Shown: in pieces, positions 35,291 through 45,019 of the stretch
Layout: each line of letters opens with the position of its first letter
Numbering within the stretch: position 1 is the first letter of the stretch
NCBI GenBank assembly: GCA_029945665.1
Contig: JAQSCZ010000125.1
Location: 67 to 64,066 of the forward strand
DNA from: a bacterium
Lineage (GTDB): Bacteria > Bacteroidota > Bacteroidia > NS11-12g > UBA955
DNA: 64,000 nt
Reading direction: 5' to 3'
Notes under the pieces: model-generated
What the model was told of the DNA's origin: nothing
Seen by the model: the letters and a program-made list of their open reading frames with translations, nothing else
Databases searched by the model: none
Program-made: the position numbers and the translations under genes

Positions 35291-35310
35291 TCTTAAAAAT
35301 CTGTTTGATA

Positions 35311-35790
35311 TTATTTAACCTTGGCTATCAACCAATGGTTCTTTAATGGCTTTACGAAATTTTCGTAATCGCTTAGTGTTTGGATATTGGTATCAAAAAA
35401 CAGAGTATCATCATCAATTTTACCTTTTTTGTACAAATTTTTCAAATCGTTATAATGACTAATCTGAAATTCATAATCTAGCATATAGGCGATGTGCATT
35501 TTATCAAAAAAATCTATTTCAAATTTTCCTCCAATGTCTTTTAACAGGTGCACACTTTTATCAATACTGCAACCACTTGCTGTATTATGGGACTCGTCTA
35601 CTACTAATGTTATAAAGCGATCGTAAACCAAATCAAAATCAGCTTTAAGTTGATTGTTGTGGGCCGTCCAGTCCTTACAAAAATGACTGAGCATTCCCCT
35701 TAATACAGTATGCTCTTCGACTGTAAATTCTCTAGATGCTTGGTAAATCCAAAGCTTCGAATCGGGTGAAAATGTTTCAAATGATTTCAT
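35311..35790 (-). CDS. Conserved hypothetical protein, last gene of the pheT operon
   Basis: 159 aa. ATG start overlapping the upstream gene by 4 nt. Confidence 0.55.
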   Translation of the reverse strand: MKSFETFSPDSKLWIYQASREFTVEEHTVLRGMLSHFCKDWTAHNNQLKADFDLVYDRFITLVVDESHNTASGCSIDKSVHLLKDIGGKFEIDFFDKMHIAYMLDYEFQISHYNDLKNLYKKGKIDDDTLFFDTNIQTLSDYENFVKPLKNHWLIAKVK

Positions 35791-36089
35791 TCGTGTATAA
35801 GTGCTATTACTTTGTCTACTTCTTTTATTATTTCGTTGATTTTATATTTCAACTCTCTGTTTTCATTTGGTGAGAGCGACTCACCTGCTCCAACTTGATC
35901 GGCTATTCGTTTTATTTTTAATTGTTGTTCCAGCTTTTGAATCGAATTATTTTGGATTTCAATTAATTTTTGAAGCCGTGTAATGGTTTGCTCTGTTTTT
36001 TTTTGCTCAAGCAATAACCTTTCATTCTGCGATTTTAGCGCTTTTACTTTGTCTTTTATTTTCGCTAATCTACTGAGCAATTGATCCAT
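35787..36089 (-). CDS. Small coiled-coil protein immediately downstream of pheT
   Basis: 100 aa with a heptad-rich sequence (KIKDKVKALKSQNERLLLEQKK...). Its start abuts the pheT stop. Confidence 0.55.
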   Translation of the reverse strand: MDQLLSRLAKIKDKVKALKSQNERLLLEQKKTEQTITRLQKLIEIQNNSIQKLEQQLKIKRIADQVGAGESLSPNENRELKYKINEIIKEVDKVIALIHE

Positions 36090-38420
36090 TTATTTTCTAA
36101 TTACAGCATTTAAATTTTGTTCAAATTGCTTAATCAATTTTTGCATTATTGCATCAATTTCTTTTTCATTCATGGTCTTTTCCTCGTCGTACAATTCAAA
36201 ACCAATAGAGATCGATTTTTTATCTTCATCTAATGGCTTACCCTCGTATACATCGAAAACATTCACTGCCATTATGTTTTTAATATTGGCCTTTTGCACC
36301 ATGCTTTGAATGGCTTTAAATTCAGTTGCCTTATCAATCACCAAACTCAAATCTCTGCGAACAATTGGAAACTGAGGCAATGCTTTTAATGCGAATTTTT
36401 TATCAGCAGATTTGGTCAATAACATGGTCCAATTAATGGTTGCAAAATATACCTCATCTTTGATATCGAATAAGGCTAAATCTTTCGCATCTACTGCTTT
36501 TATCTCAGCGCATTTTAAGTCGCCGCCCAATGCCACACAAAGTCTATTCACAATCGATTTTAGAAAATAATAATCAACTGGCTTTTGTTTTTGTTCCCAA
36601 CTTTCTCCAGTCGTATTGCCCGATACAAACAAGGCTAATTCCTCTTTCTCAAAATATTGAGAATTGGCCATTAAATAGGTTTTACCAAATTCGAAAAAGT
36701 GTGTATTAGTTTGCTTTCTGTTTTTATTATATGCAATTGCTTCTAAGCCTGAATACAGCATGGACTGGCGCATCACATTCATTTCGGCACTCAATGGATT
36801 GGCCATGTAAACCAATTTATCTTTGACTTCGTAAACCTTATCACTCACCAAAGAATTGGTCATTATTTCAGAAAATCCCATACCTTGCAACAAACTACTG
36901 GCTTTATTTAACATTAATCGCTCATTGGATTCCGCTTTGTAATTCAGCGATAATCGCATGTGCTTATTGAGTGGAATATGTTCAAAACCATAAATACGAA
37001 TAACTTCTTCAACGACATCAATTTCTCGCGTAACATCACTTTTAAATAAAGGCACAGAAAGCGACCATCCATTGTCTTCTGAACTATTGATTACAATCCC
37101 TAAGCCAGTCAGAATCTGCTCAATTTTTTGATCAGGAATTTCTAAGCCTCCAATTTTTTGTATGGTTTGTTTTCTTAAATAAACTGCAAATGGCTCCAAT
37201 TTGGTTGGGTAAACATCTACAAATTCTGACTCAATTTTTGCCCCTGCAATATCCGTTAAAATAGCTGCAACCCGCTCCAAGGCAATTATTGTCATTTCGG
37301 GGTCAGTACCTCTTTCAAATCTAAATCCAGAATCGGTATTGATACCATGTGTCTTAGCACTTTTTCTAACCACATCAGCACTAAAATAAGCGCTTTCTAA
37401 AAATATTTTTGTAGTAGCCGCATTTACCCCACTTAATTTTCCACCATAGACACCTGCAATACACATGTTTTCTTGCGCATTTGCTATCATTAGTTCATGT
37501 CCTTTTAGTGTATATGCTTTATCATCTAAGGCAATAAACACTTCGCCAGCAGTTGCTCTTTTTACTTTTATATATTCGCCAGCAATAGCATTGTAATCGA
37601 AAGCATGTAAAGGCTGACCCAATTCATGCATCACAAAATTGGTAGCATCAACCACATTGTTAGTTGAGTTTAAACCAATTGCTTTTAACTGCAATTTCAA
37701 CCAATCAGGACTCTCCTTAACAGTAATACTTCCTAACACTAAACCCGAATATCTAGCACAAGCAGCATTGTCTTCAACTTCAATCTTAAGTGTTGATAAT
37801 TGCTCAACAGGTTTGGCAGTTTGGGTAGGTTTTTTCAATTCGATATTGAGCACAGTAGCCAATTCTCTAGCGACTCCTAAATGACTGGTGGCATCGCCTC
37901 TATTCGCTGTTAATCCAATCTCAAATACAACATCACTTGTAACATTAAAATAATTTGCAAGTGGTGTACCAATGGCCAAAGTTTCAGGTAAAATCAATAA
38001 ACCATCATGACTTGCACCCATTCCAATTTCATCTTCAGCGCATAACATCCCCTCGCTTACCTCACCTCTTATTTTTGCTTTTTGAATAGTAAACGGCTCA
38101 CCTTTTAAAGGATAAATAATAGTTCCCACTGGCGCTACTATCACTTTCAAACCAGCCGCAACATTAGGAGCACCACAAACAATGGAGAGTAATTCACCAT
38201 TTCCAATATCTACTTTTGTTAAACTTAATTTATCGGCATTCGGATGCTTTTCGCATTGCTCAACCTTACCAACCACAAGACCTTTTAAACCACCTTTGAT
38301 AGATTCAATGGTTTCATAATGCTCTACTTCAAGGCCAGTACTGGTTAAAATTTGCTCAATTTGTTCCGGTGACTGATCGATATCAATAAATTTTTTTAGC
38401 CAATTAAGTGAAATTTTCAT
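36090..38420 (-). CDS. pheT: Phenylalanine--tRNA ligase beta subunit
   Basis: 776 aa. 'MKISLNWLKKFIDI', tRNA-binding OB domain, and B3/4, B5 and FDX-ACB-like regions. Confidence 0.95.
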   Translation of the reverse strand: MKISLNWLKKFIDIDQSPEQIEQILTSTGLEVEHYETIESIKGGLKGLVVGKVEQCEKHPNADKLSLTKVDIGNGELLSIVCGAPNVAAGLKVIVAPVGTIIYPLKGEPFTIQKAKIRGEVSEGMLCAEDEIGMGASHDGLLILPETLAIGTPLANYFNVTSDVVFEIGLTANRGDATSHLGVARELATVLNIELKKPTQTAKPVEQLSTLKIEVEDNAACARYSGLVLGSITVKESPDWLKLQLKAIGLNSTNNVVDATNFVMHELGQPLHAFDYNAIAGEYIKVKRATAGEVFIALDDKAYTLKGHELMIANAQENMCIAGVYGGKLSGVNAATTKIFLESAYFSADVVRKSAKTHGINTDSGFRFERGTDPEMTIIALERVAAILTDIAGAKIESEFVDVYPTKLEPFAVYLRKQTIQKIGGLEIPDQKIEQILTGLGIVINSSEDNGWSLSVPLFKSDVTREIDVVEEVIRIYGFEHIPLNKHMRLSLNYKAESNERLMLNKASSLLQGMGFSEIMTNSLVSDKVYEVKDKLVYMANPLSAEMNVMRQSMLYSGLEAIAYNKNRKQTNTHFFEFGKTYLMANSQYFEKEELALFVSGNTTGESWEQKQKPVDYYFLKSIVNRLCVALGGDLKCAEIKAVDAKDLALFDIKDEVYFATINWTMLLTKSADKKFALKALPQFPIVRRDLSLVIDKATEFKAIQSMVQKANIKNIMAVNVFDVYEGKPLDEDKKSISIGFELYDEEKTMNEKEIDAIMQKLIKQFEQNLNAVIRK

Positions 38421-38621
38421 GTACCCTGCGAAGATAATCCCAAAATCTTAAACCAAAGTAGTCTATCGAACAAATTTTTATCTTATAAAATATGAAAACC
38501 ATGTGCATAATTTCGGCTATATGGAATAGATCTAACCTTTTATCGTTATTGCTTTGATTTGGTCGAAGTAATAAGACTCCTTAATGGGTATACAATTATT
38601 TTCGGCCTTTGATTTCATTAT

Positions 38622-40043
38622 ATGAATAGACAATTATTTTCATTGATAGGCCTTTTAGCATGCATTTACACAACCAAAGTAAGTGCTCAAAAATTTACGC
38701 TCAAGCAATGCATCGATTACGCTTGGTCGAACAATTTAGACATTAAACAAAGTGAGCTTAACAATGCCTCGGCAAATATTGATGTTAAAGCAAGTAAAGC
38801 CATTTTATTGCCTAACCTATCGGCAAGTGCGGGTCAAAATTACCAATTTGGTCGGACGGTAGATAGATTTACCAATACATTTATTAATCAAACCATCCGA
38901 TCTAATAACTTCGGATTGAGTGCTGGGGTATTATTATTCAGTGGTTTTCAAAATCAGAATAACATCAAACAAAAAAGATTCACCCAAGAGGCAAGCGAAG
39001 AAACAATACAATATACTAAAAATTTAATTGCTCTAAATATTTCAAGTTCATTTTTGCAGGCCATTCAAGGCATTGAAAGTATTAACAACGCCCAGTTGCA
39101 AATCGCTTCAACTCAGCAACGAATTGAGAAGGCGCAAAAACAGGTGGATGCTGGGGTAGCCGACCTTAGTAATTTATTGACACTTAAAGCACAAGTCGCT
39201 AATGAACAATTGAACTTAGTGAATGCTATAAACAATAAAAATGTAGCTATGCTAAGTCTTAGAAATCTAATGCAACTTCCCATTGATGAAGCGCTTGATA
39301 TTATTATACCAAGTGTTGAAAGTATTACAAGTACAAAAAACCCTGTTGTATTAGAAATATACGAAACTGCGTTAAACAATTTACCACAAATTAAATCTGC
39401 AATTAAGCAGAGTGAAGCCGCTAATGCACAAACAAATTACACAAAAGGGGCTTTATCACCGTCTATTTCATTATACGGTAGCTTAAGTACTGTTTATTCG
39501 CAAAGCGCGCAAAAATATGCGTATAGCGCAAATCCCATAGGCTATCAAACCATCGGTATTACGCAAAACTCTAATGAATTAGTGGTTCAGCCTATTTATG
39601 CCATTACCAAAGAAACTATCAAATTTGGCGATCAATTCAAGAATAACATTGGACAAGGTGCAGGGTTAAGTTTTAGTTGGAATTTATTCAATGGTTTTCA
39701 AGTCCAAAACAGTATTCAAAAAGCTAAAATCAATCAACTTATTTCTGATATGAATTTACAAAAACAAAAGAATACTTTGATGAACGATATCAATACTGCA
39801 GTAAATAGCTACAATGCGGCAAAAGCCCGATACGATGCAAGTTTAAACAATGTGGATGCTCAAAAAACAAGTTTAGATTATATACAAAAAAGATTTGATG
39901 CCGGTGTCACAACAACATTCGATTTTATAAATGCCAAAAACGGATATTTACAAGCACAATCTAACGAATTACAAGCCAAGTATGAATTGATATTCAGAGC
40001 GCTTATAATTGAATATTACAGAGGCAACACCATTACATTTTAA
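38622..40043 (+). CDS. TolC-family outer-membrane efflux protein
   Basis: 473 aa with a signal peptide. Two-fold repeated coiled-coil/beta pattern ('LKQCIDYAWSNNLDIK', 'LLPNLSASAG'). Confidence 0.9.
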   Translation: MNRQLFSLIGLLACIYTTKVSAQKFTLKQCIDYAWSNNLDIKQSELNNASANIDVKASKAILLPNLSASAGQNYQFGRTVDRFTNTFINQTIRSNNFGLSAGVLLFSGFQNQNNIKQKRFTQEASEETIQYTKNLIALNISSSFLQAIQGIESINNAQLQIASTQQRIEKAQKQVDAGVADLSNLLTLKAQVANEQLNLVNAINNKNVAMLSLRNLMQLPIDEALDIIIPSVESITSTKNPVVLEIYETALNNLPQIKSAIKQSEAANAQTNYTKGALSPSISLYGSLSTVYSQSAQKYAYSANPIGYQTIGITQNSNELVVQPIYAITKETIKFGDQFKNNIGQGAGLSFSWNLFNGFQVQNSIQKAKINQLISDMNLQKQKNTLMNDINTAVNSYNAAKARYDASLNNVDAQKTSLDYIQKRFDAGVTTTFDFINAKNGYLQAQSNELQAKYELIFRALIIEYYRGNTITF

Positions 40044-40046
40044 ATT

Positions 40047-41339
40047 ATGTCAAAAAAGAAAAAAATAATCATTACCATTTCGGTTATCCTATTAATCATT
40101 ATCATTTTTTTTATGCTCTCTGGTAAAAAAAATATGGGAATTAAAGTAGCAACTGAAAAAGTAGCTACTCAAAATATTATTGAAGAAGTCTCCGCAAGCG
40201 GAACCATATATCCGGAAAGTGAAGTTAAAATTAGCCCAGATGTATCTGGCGAAATCATTGACCTATATGTTCATGAAGGTGATACTGTAAAGAAAGGACA
40301 GTTACTCGTTAGAATCAATCCAGATTTGTACCAATCGCAACTCGATCAGGCAAAAGCAGGATTGAATAACGCCAAAGCGAATTCATCAAATGTACAGGCT
40401 CAATTAACTCGAACTAAAGCGAATGTTGAGATGCAAAGAAAGAATTTCGATCGTCAGAAAAAACTTTTTAGCGACAAAGTAATTAGTCAACAGGAATACG
40501 ACAATTCAGAAGCGCAATACAATATGGCACTGGCGGAATTAGAAGCTTCAGAAAAACAAACATTGGCATCTTTTTACAATACCCAATCAGTTGAAGCAGG
40601 TGTGCAACAAGCTGGCAAAAACTACAATAGAACAACTGTGCTTGCACCTGCAGATGGCATAATAACTGGATTAAATTCAAAAAAGGGTGAACGTGTTGTG
40701 GGGACTGCGCAAATGGCAGGTACCGAAATGATGCGTATTTCTGATTTAAGCAGAATGGAAGTAAGAGTAGATGTCAATGAAAATGACATTGTTCGTATTA
40801 AAAATGGAGATACTGCAGGAATCGAAGTGGATGCTTATCAAGGACAGATATTTAAAGGAATTGTAACGCAGGTAGCAAATAGCGCAAAAAATAGTGCTAC
40901 ATCTGCAATATCGACTGACCAAGTAACAAAATACGAAGTAAAAATATTAATTCTTAAATCATCCTATCAAGCTATCATGGATGAGAACCAAGGAAGAATG
41001 CCATTTAGACCAGGCATGAGTGCAAGTGTACACGTATACACCAAAACAGAAAGAAACGTATTAGCTGTACCTGTATCATCCGTAACACTGAAGGAGAAAA
41101 AAGACAATTTAACTGAAAAAGAAGAAGTGGTGTTTGTGGTTGAAAAAGGCAAGGTTATAAAACGCGCTGTTAAAACCGGCATTCAAGATACGCGTTACAT
41201 TAAAATAATAGAGGGCATTAAACCCGGAGAAGAAGTGGTTTCAGCGCCATTTGAGGCTATCAACAACAAACTAATAGATGGTGGTAGCGTGCAGGTGGTT
41301 GAAAAGGAAAAACTATACGAAATAACAGATAAGAAATAG
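40047..41339 (+). CDS. Efflux periplasmic adaptor (HlyD/MacA-type membrane fusion protein)
   Basis: 430 aa. N-terminal TM, lipoyl-like 'VSGEIIDLYVHEGDTVKKGQLL', a long coiled coil, and 'VLAPADGIITG'. Confidence 0.9.
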   Translation: MSKKKKIIITISVILLIIIIFFMLSGKKNMGIKVATEKVATQNIIEEVSASGTIYPESEVKISPDVSGEIIDLYVHEGDTVKKGQLLVRINPDLYQSQLDQAKAGLNNAKANSSNVQAQLTRTKANVEMQRKNFDRQKKLFSDKVISQQEYDNSEAQYNMALAELEASEKQTLASFYNTQSVEAGVQQAGKNYNRTTVLAPADGIITGLNSKKGERVVGTAQMAGTEMMRISDLSRMEVRVDVNENDIVRIKNGDTAGIEVDAYQGQIFKGIVTQVANSAKNSATSAISTDQVTKYEVKILILKSSYQAIMDENQGRMPFRPGMSASVHVYTKTERNVLAVPVSSVTLKEKKDNLTEKEEVVFVVEKGKVIKRAVKTGIQDTRYIKIIEGIKPGEEVVSAPFEAINNKLIDGGSVQVVEKEKLYEITDKK

Positions 41340-41352
41340 TGTTTTACACGAT

Positions 41353-41389
41353 CAAAAAAAAAGCAGCTTAATGAGCTGCTTTTTTTTTG
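41353..41389. terminator. Bidirectional rho-independent terminator between the adaptor gene and dnaJ
   Basis: A-run, AGCAGCT-taatg-AGCTGCT, then T-run. Confidence 0.75.
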
Positions 41390-41406
41390 ATTATTTTTTT
41401 TTAGAT

Positions 41407-42534
41407 TTAAAACCAGTCTTTCATTTTATCAAAAAAACCTTTGTCTTTTTTTGCGTTTTTAGGCGAAAAATGATCTGATTCATTTAGCTTTTTAAGCATT
41501 TCTGTTTCTTCATCTGATACCTTTTTAGGAATCCAGATATGTATCTGTATCAATTGATCGCCTGTACTATATCCATTAACTTCAGGAAAACCCTTTCCTC
41601 TTAATCTCAGAATTTTGCCGCTTTGTGTACCAGGTTCAACTGTTATTTTTGCTTTTCCATCAATGGTCGGCACTTCTACCGAGTTACCTAAAATTGCATC
41701 GGAGACACTAATTACTAAATTATAAATGACATGTTGGTCTTGTCTCGTTAATTCAGCATGCTGTTCCTCTTCAATGAGAATTAACAAATCACCATCGATG
41801 CCACCACCAGTGGCCGCATTTCCTTTGCCATTAATAGACAATTGCATTCCCTCTTGCACACCCGCAGGTATTTTAATAGTTGTTTCAATTTCTTCGTAAA
41901 CTAAACCTTGATCATTAGCCCCTGCTGGTCGGTGGTTCATCATTTTTCCACTTCCACCACAGGTAGGGCAAGCCGAAACCGTTTGCATCTGACCCAAAAA
42001 TGTATTGGTAACTCGGGCTACTTGTCCAGTCCCTCGGCAAGTAGAACAATCTTTGAATGTTACCCCTTTGGCAAGTACTTGTTTCTTGTATTTTATTTTT
42101 TTCTCAACTCCATTTTTAATGTCTGAAAAATTTAATTTTAACTTTATGCGGATATTGCTTCCAACATTCGCTCTGGTTCTTCCTCCCCTGCCGCCTTGAC
42201 TGCCACCAAAAAAATCGCCAAAACCACCGCCTCCACCAAAAATATCTCCAAACTGACTGAAGATGTCATCCATGTTCATTCCACCGCCATAACCTCCTCC
42301 CGAGGCTCCACCAACGCCTGCATGACCATATTGATCATAACGTTGCTTCTTTTGCGCATCGCTTAATACCTCATAAGCTTCGGCAGCCTCCTTAAATTTT
42401 TCTTCCGCTTCTTTATTGTTTGGATTTTTATCAGGATGGTGCTTAATGGCCATCTTGCGATAAGCCTTTTTTATTTCTTCTACTGTTGCAATTTTAGTAA
42501 TCTCTAAAATTTCGTAATAATCTCTTTTAGCCAA
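41407..42534 (-). CDS. dnaJ: Molecular chaperone DnaJ
   Basis: 375 aa. J-domain 'KRDYYEIL...HPDKN', G/F region and four CxxCxGxG zinc motifs. The start codon is TTG (checked on the sequence). Confidence 0.97.
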   Translation of the reverse strand: MAKRDYYEILEITKIATVEEIKKAYRKMAIKHHPDKNPNNKEAEEKFKEAAEAYEVLSDAQKKQRYDQYGHAGVGGASGGGYGGGMNMDDIFSQFGDIFGGGGGFGDFFGGSQGGRGGRTRANVGSNIRIKLKLNFSDIKNGVEKKIKYKKQVLAKGVTFKDCSTCRGTGQVARVTNTFLGQMQTVSACPTCGGSGKMMNHRPAGANDQGLVYEEIETTIKIPAGVQEGMQLSINGKGNAATGGGIDGDLLILIEEEQHAELTRQDQHVIYNLVISVSDAILGNSVEVPTIDGKAKITVEPGTQSGKILRLRGKGFPEVNGYSTGDQLIQIHIWIPKKVSDEETEMLKKLNESDHFSPKNAKKDKGFFDKMKDWF

Positions 42535-42565
42535 TGTCTTAAATATTAAAGTTGATACTTATTAA

Positions 42566-43117
42566 TTACTCTCCAACAATTACTTTCGCAAAACGAATTA
42601 CATGACCATTTAATTCATATCCTTTTTCAGTTTCATCAACTACTTTGCCTATTAAGTCTTCGCTAGGCGCAGGGATATTGGTGATTGCTTCATGTCTATC
42701 AACATTAAACGAATGACCAATAGATTCGATTGGCTTTAGACCTTTGGCGGCCAAAATCGAACTAAATTTGTGGTGAATTAAATCAATTCCTTCTTTGTAC
42801 AAAAATATGTCTTGAACGTCTGCCTTTTTGGCTCTTTCAAAATCATCAACTACTGGCAAAAACGACAAAATAACTTCTTTTCCAGCTACCTGTAAAAGCT
42901 CAGATCTTTCTTTCATTGTTCTGCGTTTATAATTATCAAACTCCGCATACAATCTTAAAAACTTATCATTGCTTTCTTTCAACTGGGCTTGCAAGCTTTC
43001 TATTTCAGAAACTTCGGTTGCAGGTTCAGTGTTGTTTTCTAAAGTTGATTCTAAGTTCTCCTCATTTTGGTCAATAGGCTGATCATTATTCATATGATGC
43101 CAATCAGTCAAAAACAT
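42566..43117 (-). CDS. grpE: Nucleotide exchange factor GrpE
   Basis: 'RLYAEFDNYKRR' and 'GYELNGHVIRFAKV'. The track start at 43123 is TTG. ATG options are 43117 and 43093. Confidence 0.92.
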   Translation of the reverse strand: MFLTDWHHMNNDQPIDQNEENLESTLENNTEPATEVSEIESLQAQLKESNDKFLRLYAEFDNYKRRTMKERSELLQVAGKEVILSFLPVVDDFERAKKADVQDIFLYKEGIDLIHHKFSSILAAKGLKPIESIGHSFNVDRHEAITNIPAPSEDLIGKVVDETEKGYELNGHVIRFAKVIVGE

Positions 43118-43165
43118 TGCCAAGCCGCCATATCTGACAACATGACCTAAAACAATAAGACTAAT

Positions 43166-43687
43166 TTATTTTAACAAACCATCAATGGCTGTCTCAATAT
43201 CGATAACCTTAGGAGTCGTTTGAACGACTGTATTTGATTTATCTATTAAATAAAAAACAGGTATGGTATTAATTTTATAAGCCTTTGCAATGGGAGAATC
43301 GTATTTTTTAAAATCGCAAAAATGGGCTTTCCATAAACATTCATCCTCTTCTATGGCGCTTTTCCAGCTTAATTCATCTGTATCCAAAGATACACTTACA
43401 AAAGCCACTTTGTTATTGTTTTTATACTTCTGATAAATCCTCACTAAGTTCTTATTTTCAGCTCTGCTAGCTTTGCTCCAAGAAGCCCAAAAATTGAGGA
43501 CAACAACTTTACCTTTGTATTTTGAAATATCAAAAGAATCTCCGTATAAATTAGTTGACAAAATGGTTGGTGCGATTGTTGGGATTTTCAATTGTGTATT
43601 AGCCTGTCCAGGGTAAAAACTATAGACAATAAAAAATATTGGCAATGCTAATAATAAACCAATGATTGTGAATTTGTGCTTTTTCAT
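43166..43687 (-). CDS. TlpA/thioredoxin-fold protein lacking the CxxC active site
   Basis: 173 aa with an N-terminal anchor. 'KGKVVVLNFWASWSKASRAE' sits where redoxins have FWA.WC..C. Confidence 0.75.
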   Translation of the reverse strand: MKKHKFTIIGLLLALPIFFIVYSFYPGQANTQLKIPTIAPTILSTNLYGDSFDISKYKGKVVVLNFWASWSKASRAENKNLVRIYQKYKNNNKVAFVSVSLDTDELSWKSAIEEDECLWKAHFCDFKKYDSPIAKAYKINTIPVFYLIDKSNTVVQTTPKVIDIETAIDGLLK

Positions 43688-43696
43688 AAGAACTAT

Positions 43697-45010
43697 TTAG
43701 TCTAATCGTACAATATCTGCGCCAATATTATTTAACCGTTTGTCAATGTGCTGATAACCACGGTCTATCTGTTCAATATTTTTAATCGTACTGACTCCTT
43801 TTGCGCTCATCGCAGCAATGAGCATTGCAACCCCTGCGCGAATATCAGGAGAGCTCATAGTAATGCCCTTTAATGGAACTTTCTTATCAAGTCCCATAAC
43901 ATTGGCGCGGTGTGGATCGCAAAGAATAATCTTAGCACCCATATCTATCAAATTGTCTACAAAAAACAAACGACTTTCAAACATCTTTTGATGAATCAAA
44001 ACATTCCCTCTTGCTTGTGTCGCTGTAACCAAAATAATACTTATTAAATCTGGTGTAAAACCTGGCCATGGTGCATCAGAAATAGTCAAAATACTGCCAT
44101 CAATGAATGTGTCAATTTCATAATGTTCTTGACTTGGAATATAAATATCATCCCCTCTAAACTCCAATTGAATTCCCAATCTTTTAAAGATATCAGGAAT
44201 AACGCCTAACTCAGGTATGTGACAATTCTTTATTGTAATTTCACTGGCAGTCATTGCGGCCAAACCAATAAAACTGCCTATTTCAATCATATCAGGCAAC
44301 ATTGTATGCGCTGTGCCAGAAAGACTATCGACACCCTCAATCGTTAATAAATTACTACCAATGCCCGAAATTTTGGCGCCCATTCGGTTTAACATTTTGC
44401 ACAACTGTTGCAAATAGGGCTCGCAAGCGGCATTGTAAATTGTTGTAATACCATTTGCCAATGCTGCGGCCATTACAATATTAGCGGTACCCGTCACAGA
44501 TGCTTCATCTAAAAGCATATAAGCTCCTTTCAATTTACCCTCGGGTGTAGAAACCTTATAAAATTGTTCTTCAGGTAAGTATTCGAACTTAGCGCCTAAT
44601 TTCATAAAGCCTATAAAATGGGTATCTAGTCTTCTTCTGCCAATCTTATCTCCACCCGGACTTGGAATATAACCTTTTCCAAAACGCGCAAGAAGTGGCC
44701 CTATGATCATTATTGAACCTCTTAAACCCGCACCTTTTAATTTAAAATCTGCTGAATTCAGGTAATCAAGATTGATGTTATCTGCTTTAAATGAATATGA
44801 TTCTTCTCCAATTTTACTAACCTTTACGCCAAGGTCCATTAATAATTCAATAAGCTTTAAAACATCGCGAATTGCAGGAATATTGTTAATTACAATTTCT
44901 TCAGGCGTTAAGAGTACTGCCGAGATTATTTGTAAAGCTTCATTCTTCGCACCTTGAGGGATAATTTCACCCTTTAATTTTTGACCACCCGTTACTTTAA
45001 AAGTTGACAT
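43697..45010 (-). CDS. murA: UDP-N-acetylglucosamine 1-carboxyvinyltransferase
   Basis: 437 aa. 'GAKNEALQI' and 'PGGDKIGRRRLDTH' (Asp at the E. coli Cys115 position). Confidence 0.95.
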   Translation of the reverse strand: MSTFKVTGGQKLKGEIIPQGAKNEALQIISAVLLTPEEIVINNIPAIRDVLKLIELLMDLGVKVSKIGEESYSFKADNINLDYLNSADFKLKGAGLRGSIMIIGPLLARFGKGYIPSPGGDKIGRRRLDTHFIGFMKLGAKFEYLPEEQFYKVSTPEGKLKGAYMLLDEASVTGTANIVMAAALANGITTIYNAACEPYLQQLCKMLNRMGAKISGIGSNLLTIEGVDSLSGTAHTMLPDMIEIGSFIGLAAMTASEITIKNCHIPELGVIPDIFKRLGIQLEFRGDDIYIPSQEHYEIDTFIDGSILTISDAPWPGFTPDLISIILVTATQARGNVLIHQKMFESRLFFVDNLIDMGAKIILCDPHRANVMGLDKKVPLKGITMSSPDIRAGVAMLIAAMSAKGVSTIKNIEQIDRGYQHIDKRLNNIGADIVRLD

Positions 45011-45019
45011 TATAGAAAA

